A stretch of 64,000 nucleotides of DNA from an uncultured Ferruginibacter sp. (GTDB lineage Bacteria; Bacteroidota; Bacteroidia; Chitinophagales; Chitinophagaceae). Under the pieces are notes generated by a model. It ran no database searches, was not told the origin of the DNA, and saw only the letters and a list, made by a program, of their open reading frames with translations. The first letter of the stretch is position 1, and each line of letters opens with the position of its first letter. Shown one piece after another: positions 59,845 through 64,000 of this stretch. Location: contig CAZPHA010000002.1 of NCBI GenBank assembly GCA_964586215.1, positions 5,388-69,387 on the forward strand. Direction: 5' to 3'. Made by a program: the position numbers and the translations under genes.

Positions 59845-60744
59845 TAGCTGTACTTTATTTTTACCAATATTTAATTCATAATACCCACCTATTTTTAAAG
59901 CATAATTTTCTTTATTATGGCTAACGGGAAAATGATAGCATACGGGAAAATTGTAGTCTTCAACTATATCTTTCAGGATTTCATCCACATTTTTTCCAAA
60001 AGGCCTTTCTGTATCTTTTACATCTGTAAATCCACCAAAAATAAGCCCTGCTAAATTTTTTAGTTTCCCGCTTCTTTTTAATTGGTACAACATGCGGTCA
60101 ATATTGTAAAGCTGTTCTCCAATATCTTCTAAAAATAGAATTTTGTTACGGGTATCCAATTCTGATGCTGTTCCAATCAAATGTGTAATCAACGCTAAGT
60201 TACCCCCGGCTAATTCACCTTGTACACTTCCTTGTTTATTAAATAGATGAGTGTGGCAGCTGTACTTTGTTTTTTTTCCGGTAATCACTTTGTATAAGGA
60301 TTGTACGTATTCATCGTTGTGTCCATTATCATTAAAGGCGGCGGCCATGGGAGCATGAATCGAAGCAATATTTAATCGTTTATTTAAATGGCAATGCAAC
60401 ACTGTAATATCACTAAATCCAATAATCCATTTTGGATGACGCTTAAATTTTTTAAAATCCAGTTTGTCAATGATTCTGCCCATTCCATAACCACCTCGAC
60501 CACACAAAATTGCGTGAATACTTTTTTCATCCAGCAGGGCCTGTAACTCATCACATCGGTCTTCATCGGTTCCGCTAAAATAATTAGTAGAACTACTGCC
60601 AAGTGTTTTACCTGTCATTACATTAAAGCCCCATTGTTGTAATGCATGGATACAAGCCTGGGCTTTTTCTTTGGGCATATATCCGGCCGGGCAGGTTATG
60701 GCAATAGTATCACCTTTTTTTAAGTAGGGAGGAAATATTTTCAT
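59833..60744 (-). CDS. LD-carboxypeptidase (S66 family)
   Basis: 'RGGYG', 'GFSDIT', 'GGNL', 'LEDIGE', 'VSH'; start MKIFPP overlaps the upstream stop (ATGA). Confidence 0.9.
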   Translation of the reverse strand: MKIFPPYLKKGDTIAITCPAGYMPKEKAQACIHALQQWGFNVMTGKTLGSSSTNYFSGTDEDRCDELQALLDEKSIHAILCGRGGYGMGRIIDKLDFKKFKRHPKWIIGFSDITVLHCHLNKRLNIASIHAPMAAAFNDNGHNDEYVQSLYKVITGKKTKYSCHTHLFNKQGSVQGELAGGNLALITHLIGTASELDTRNKILFLEDIGEQLYNIDRMLYQLKRSGKLKNLAGLIFGGFTDVKDTERPFGKNVDEILKDIVEDYNFPVCYHFPVSHNKENYALKIGGYYELNIGKNKVQLSEL

Positions 60745-61787
60745 CGTATTTCTTTTAATGTACATTCATTTGTTTGTACAGATAACCGGTGTTTTACACC
60801 ACATTTTAGGGCAAAATTATTCTTTTGATGTCCAACCGGGAAATCAAAACAAACAGGATAATGGTAGTCTGCTACTTTTTCTAACACAATTTCTTCAAGC
60901 GTTTTACCAAATGCTTCGGTATCCTCGTCCGTCTTGATTTTAAATCCTCCAATTACTAAACCTTTTAGCACGGCTAATTTACCGGTACGTTTTAAGTTCC
61001 AGAACATTCTGTCAAGGCTATATATATATTCACCGGTATCTTCTACAAATAAGATTTTGCCTTTAGTATGGATATCACTTTTGCTACCTGCCAAAGATTC
61101 AAGTGTTTTCAAATTACCTCCCACCAGTAATCCTTCTCCAATACCTGATTTATTAAGTGGATTGCAAGCTGCATTGTAAGTCATCTTTTCTCCTGTAAGG
61201 CAGTGGCGTATGGAATCTATTGTTTCAATCTGAATAGGTTCAGCTTTACTCCAATCACTCGGAAAGCTATTGCACATTTTCGAATGGATGCTGGCAATGC
61301 CAAAATTTCTGTGTAAATGGCTGTGAATGACCGTAATATCGCTAAAGCCAATAATCCATTTAGGTTTTCGGGCAAATTTTTTAAAGTTTATAAGATCAAT
61401 AATTCGAATGGCGCCGTAGCCGCCTCTGGCGCACATGATCGCCTGGATGGATGGGTCGTCCAGCATTTGTTGTAAATCTTGTCTTCTTTCTTCATCTGTG
61501 CCGCCAAAAGTGTAATCCTTTTTTCCAACCGTATTGCCAATTTTAATCTTGAAACCCCATTCCTGCATTTTTCCAACGGCTGACTGTACATCTTCAAGTG
61601 TTATATAGCCGGCAGGACATGTAATTCCAATTGTATCTCCCTTTTTTAAGGAAGGTGGTATAATGATTTTTCTTTCTATTTCCTCCTCTTCTAAAAGCTT
61701 ATTAGCAGTGGGCAAATATTTTCTTACTCTCGGATGTAAAGAAATACCCATTGGAAATAAATATGTCAAAAAGCTTTTACGATTCAT
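60741..61787 (-). CDS. LD-carboxypeptidase (S66 family) with Tat-like N-terminal extension
   Basis: 'MNRKSFL' N-terminus; 'RGGYG', 'GFSDIT', 'VEDTGE', 'VGH'. Confidence 0.9.
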   Translation of the reverse strand: MNRKSFLTYLFPMGISLHPRVRKYLPTANKLLEEEEIERKIIIPPSLKKGDTIGITCPAGYITLEDVQSAVGKMQEWGFKIKIGNTVGKKDYTFGGTDEERRQDLQQMLDDPSIQAIMCARGGYGAIRIIDLINFKKFARKPKWIIGFSDITVIHSHLHRNFGIASIHSKMCNSFPSDWSKAEPIQIETIDSIRHCLTGEKMTYNAACNPLNKSGIGEGLLVGGNLKTLESLAGSKSDIHTKGKILFVEDTGEYIYSLDRMFWNLKRTGKLAVLKGLVIGGFKIKTDEDTEAFGKTLEEIVLEKVADYHYPVCFDFPVGHQKNNFALKCGVKHRLSVQTNECTLKEIR

Positions 61788-62021
61788 TTAAAAGGGTTAT
61801 TTTGGTATTATCCTTGTTTAAATAATTATAATTATTGCAGCTTAAATCTTTTTGCAGCAGTAATTTTTTTAATCTTACAGGCAACCTTACATACAAAGTT
61901 TGGCTATGAAGACGTTGTATTGGTAGTTTACGTGGTTAAATTATTTCATTTTTTTATAATAGCCTAAAAATAAGAATTAGTTTTTAGGTAGATTTTATAA
62001 CCTTATCAATTATTTATTAGC

Positions 62022-64000
62022 ATGGGAACTAAACTCAATACCCCTGTTTATCTGGTAGATCTCCATAAAGTCGGTATCGGTGATATTGAACAGGTTGGAG
62101 GTAAAAATGCTTCATTGGGCGAAATGTTACAAAATTTAGCTGAATTGGGTATTCAAATACCTAATGGCTTTGTTATTACGGTGGCGGCCTATCGGGAATT
62201 TGTGAACTACAATAATTTAGAATTAACCATTCATGAAATTATTGATAGCATCGATTTTGATGATATTACGTCTTTGCGAAGAGGGGGGCAGCAGATCAGG
62301 CAGCTTTTTGCGAATTCGAAGTTTCCTGAAAATTTAAGTGAGTCTATTATTCAAAAATATTACGAACTAAGTAAGCGGTATGGCCAGGATATCACGGATG
62401 TGGCTGTTCGATCCTCAGCCACTGCAGAGGATCTGCCGGATGCTTCTTTTGCAGGTCAGCAGGAAACTTATCTGAATGTTCGTGGTCCAGCCTCCTTAAT
62501 GAATGCCGTAAGAAATTGTTTTGCTTCCATTTTTACAGACAGAGCTATTAGCTATCGTAATAATTTCGGCTATGATCATTTCAGTATAGGGCTATCAGTG
62601 TGTATACAAAAAATGGTAAGAAGTGATTTAGGAGCTTCCGGTGTAGCATTCTCATTAGATACCGAAAGTGGTTTCAAAGATGTTGTAGTTGTCAATGCAT
62701 CGTATGGATTGGGTGAAATGATTGTGCAAGGCGCTGTATCGCCGGATGAGTATATCGTTTTCAAGCCTACCTTGAATAAAGGCTTCAATAGTATAATTGA
62801 GAAAAAACTAGGACTCAAAGATAAGATGATGGTATATGGAGATAATCCTGATGAACGAGTACAGATTATTCCTGTAGAAAAACCTTCGCAACAACGTTAT
62901 TGTTTAAAAGATGACAGGATATTGCAGTTGGCCCATTGGGTTGTAAAAATTGAAGAATATTATAGCAATTTAAGAGGCAAATGGTGTCCTATGGATGTAG
63001 AGTGGGCTATGGATGGGATAACACACGAGCTGTTTATTGTGCAGGCCAGGCCGGAAACCATTCATTCACAAAAAGATTTTTCTACTATTACGGAGTATGT
63101 ACTGGATGAATCTTCATCAAAAAAAGTATTGCTAAAAGGTATTGCAGTAGGAGATAAGGTAGGATCAGGAAAAGTTTCTATTTTATACTCTTTAGATAAA
63201 CGTGTTAATGAAGGTCATGAATTTAAGGAAGGAGATATACTGGTTACAGATATGACAGACCCGGATTGGGAACCTATTATGAAAAAAGCAGCTGCTATTA
63301 TTACCAATAAAGGCGGACGCACCTGCCATGCAGCTATTGTGGCCCGAGAACTGGGAGTACCGGCAATTGTAGGTTGTGGCAATGCTACAGAAATTTTAAA
63401 TGATGGTCAGCTAATTACAGCATCTTGCTGCGAAGGAGACGAGGGAATGGTGTATGAAGGTAGTATTGATTTCCGGAAAGTACAAACAAATTTATACGAC
63501 CTTCCTAAGTTGGAAACTCCCATCATGCTGAATGTAGCATCACCTAGTATGGCTTTCCGTTTTTCACATTTACCCAATGCCGGAGTAGGGTTAGCCAGGG
63601 AAGAGTTTATTATTAACAATTATATCCAGGTACATCCGCTGGCATTATTGAAACACAAAGAACTGGGAGATGAAATGTTGAGTGAAACCATTAAAAAGAT
63701 GATTGCCGGTTTTGAGGATGAAGAAGATTTTTTTATCAGGAGATTGAGTTATGGTATAGCTAAAATTGCTGCTGCCTTCTATCCTCACAAAGTAATTGTA
63801 CGTTTTAGCGATTTCAAAAGTAACGAGTACTACAATTTATTAGGTGGAAAATATTTTGAACCGAACGAAGAAAATCCAATGATAGGATGGCGGGGAGCCA
63901 GCCGCTACTATTCTGATGAGTATAAGCAGGCTTTTGGACTGGAATGCAAGGCCATACGGAGGGTTAGAGAAGAGATGGGTTTAAATAATGTGGTAGTAAT
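62022..64000 (+). CDS. ppsA: Phosphoenolpyruvate synthase (runs off window end)
   Basis: MGTKLNT... 'GGKNASLGEM', 'AVRSSATAEDLPDASFAGQQET', 'GGRTCHAAIVARELG'. Confidence 0.95.
   Translation, partial: MGTKLNTPVYLVDLHKVGIGDIEQVGGKNASLGEMLQNLAELGIQIPNGFVITVAAYREFVNYNNLELTIHEIIDSIDFDDITSLRRGGQQIRQLFANSKFPENLSESIIQKYYELSKRYGQDITDVAVRSSATAEDLPDASFAGQQETYLNVRGPASLMNAVRNCFASIFTDRAISYRNNFGYDHFSIGLSVCIQKMVRSDLGASGVAFSLDTESGFKDVVVVNASYGLGEMIVQGAVSPDEYIVFKPTLNKGFNSIIEKKLGLKDKMMVYGDNPDERVQIIPVEKPSQQRYCLKDDRILQLAHWVVKIEEYYSNLRGKWCPMDVEWAMDGITHELFIVQARPETIHSQKDFSTITEYVLDESSSKKVLLKGIAVGDKVGSGKVSILYSLDKRVNEGHEFKEGDILVTDMTDPDWEPIMKKAAAIITNKGGRTCHAAIVARELGVPAIVGCGNATEILNDGQLITASCCEGDEGMVYEGSIDFRKVQTNLYDLPKLETPIMLNVASPSMAFRFSHLPNAGVGLAREEFIINNYIQVHPLALLKHKELGDEMLSETIKKMIAGFEDEEDFFIRRLSYGIAKIAAAFYPHKVIVRFSDFKSNEYYNLLGGKYFEPNEENPMIGWRGASRYYSDEYKQAFGLECKAIRRVREEMGLNNVVV

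Noticed and set aside
1371-63619. Many short ORFs antisense to or overlapping real genes (e.g. 1371-1601, 3758-4165, 8885-9194, 40836-41189, 44398-44913, 48146-48655, 62576-62818)
   Set aside because: Shadow frames of well-supported genes with no recognisable motifs.
1-64000. tRNA, rRNA or known riboswitch genes
   Set aside because: None recognisable by eye; a covariance-model scan would be needed to exclude them.

Overview
AT-rich Bacteroidota window, probably Chitinophagaceae (inferred from gene order, gldD/gldE, a T9SS cargo protein and TTTG-N19-21-TAnnTTTG promoters). Most of it is core genome: rne/HU/mutY/ssb/gldED, ade/trmD, acpP-fabF-rnc-gpsA, hemW, a BamA/TamA-like gene, hemD, the mraZ-to-ftsZ dcw cluster, kup, hydrolases and the 5' part of ppsA. 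The main accessory region is a ~6 kb peptide locus at 49.4-55.6 kb. It encodes two double-glycine bacteriocin-like precursors, a 28-aa membrane peptide, a CPBP/Abi protease, a 59-aa lanthipeptide-type precursor missed by the ORF track, an S41 peptidase, a LytS/LytTR pair and a stand-alone LanC with a Cys-to-Ser change at a zinc ligand. No LanB and no exporter are present in the window. Other points: a MITE carrying REP-like hairpins that truncates a PIN toxin, a truncated IS1595, a 29-aa bS22-like ribosomal protein gene, DnaA-box and MraZ-box arrays upstream of the dcw operon, and two families of dispersed short repeats, one of which lies in-frame in the gldD signal peptide. All family assignments come from recognising motifs by eye; no searches were run.
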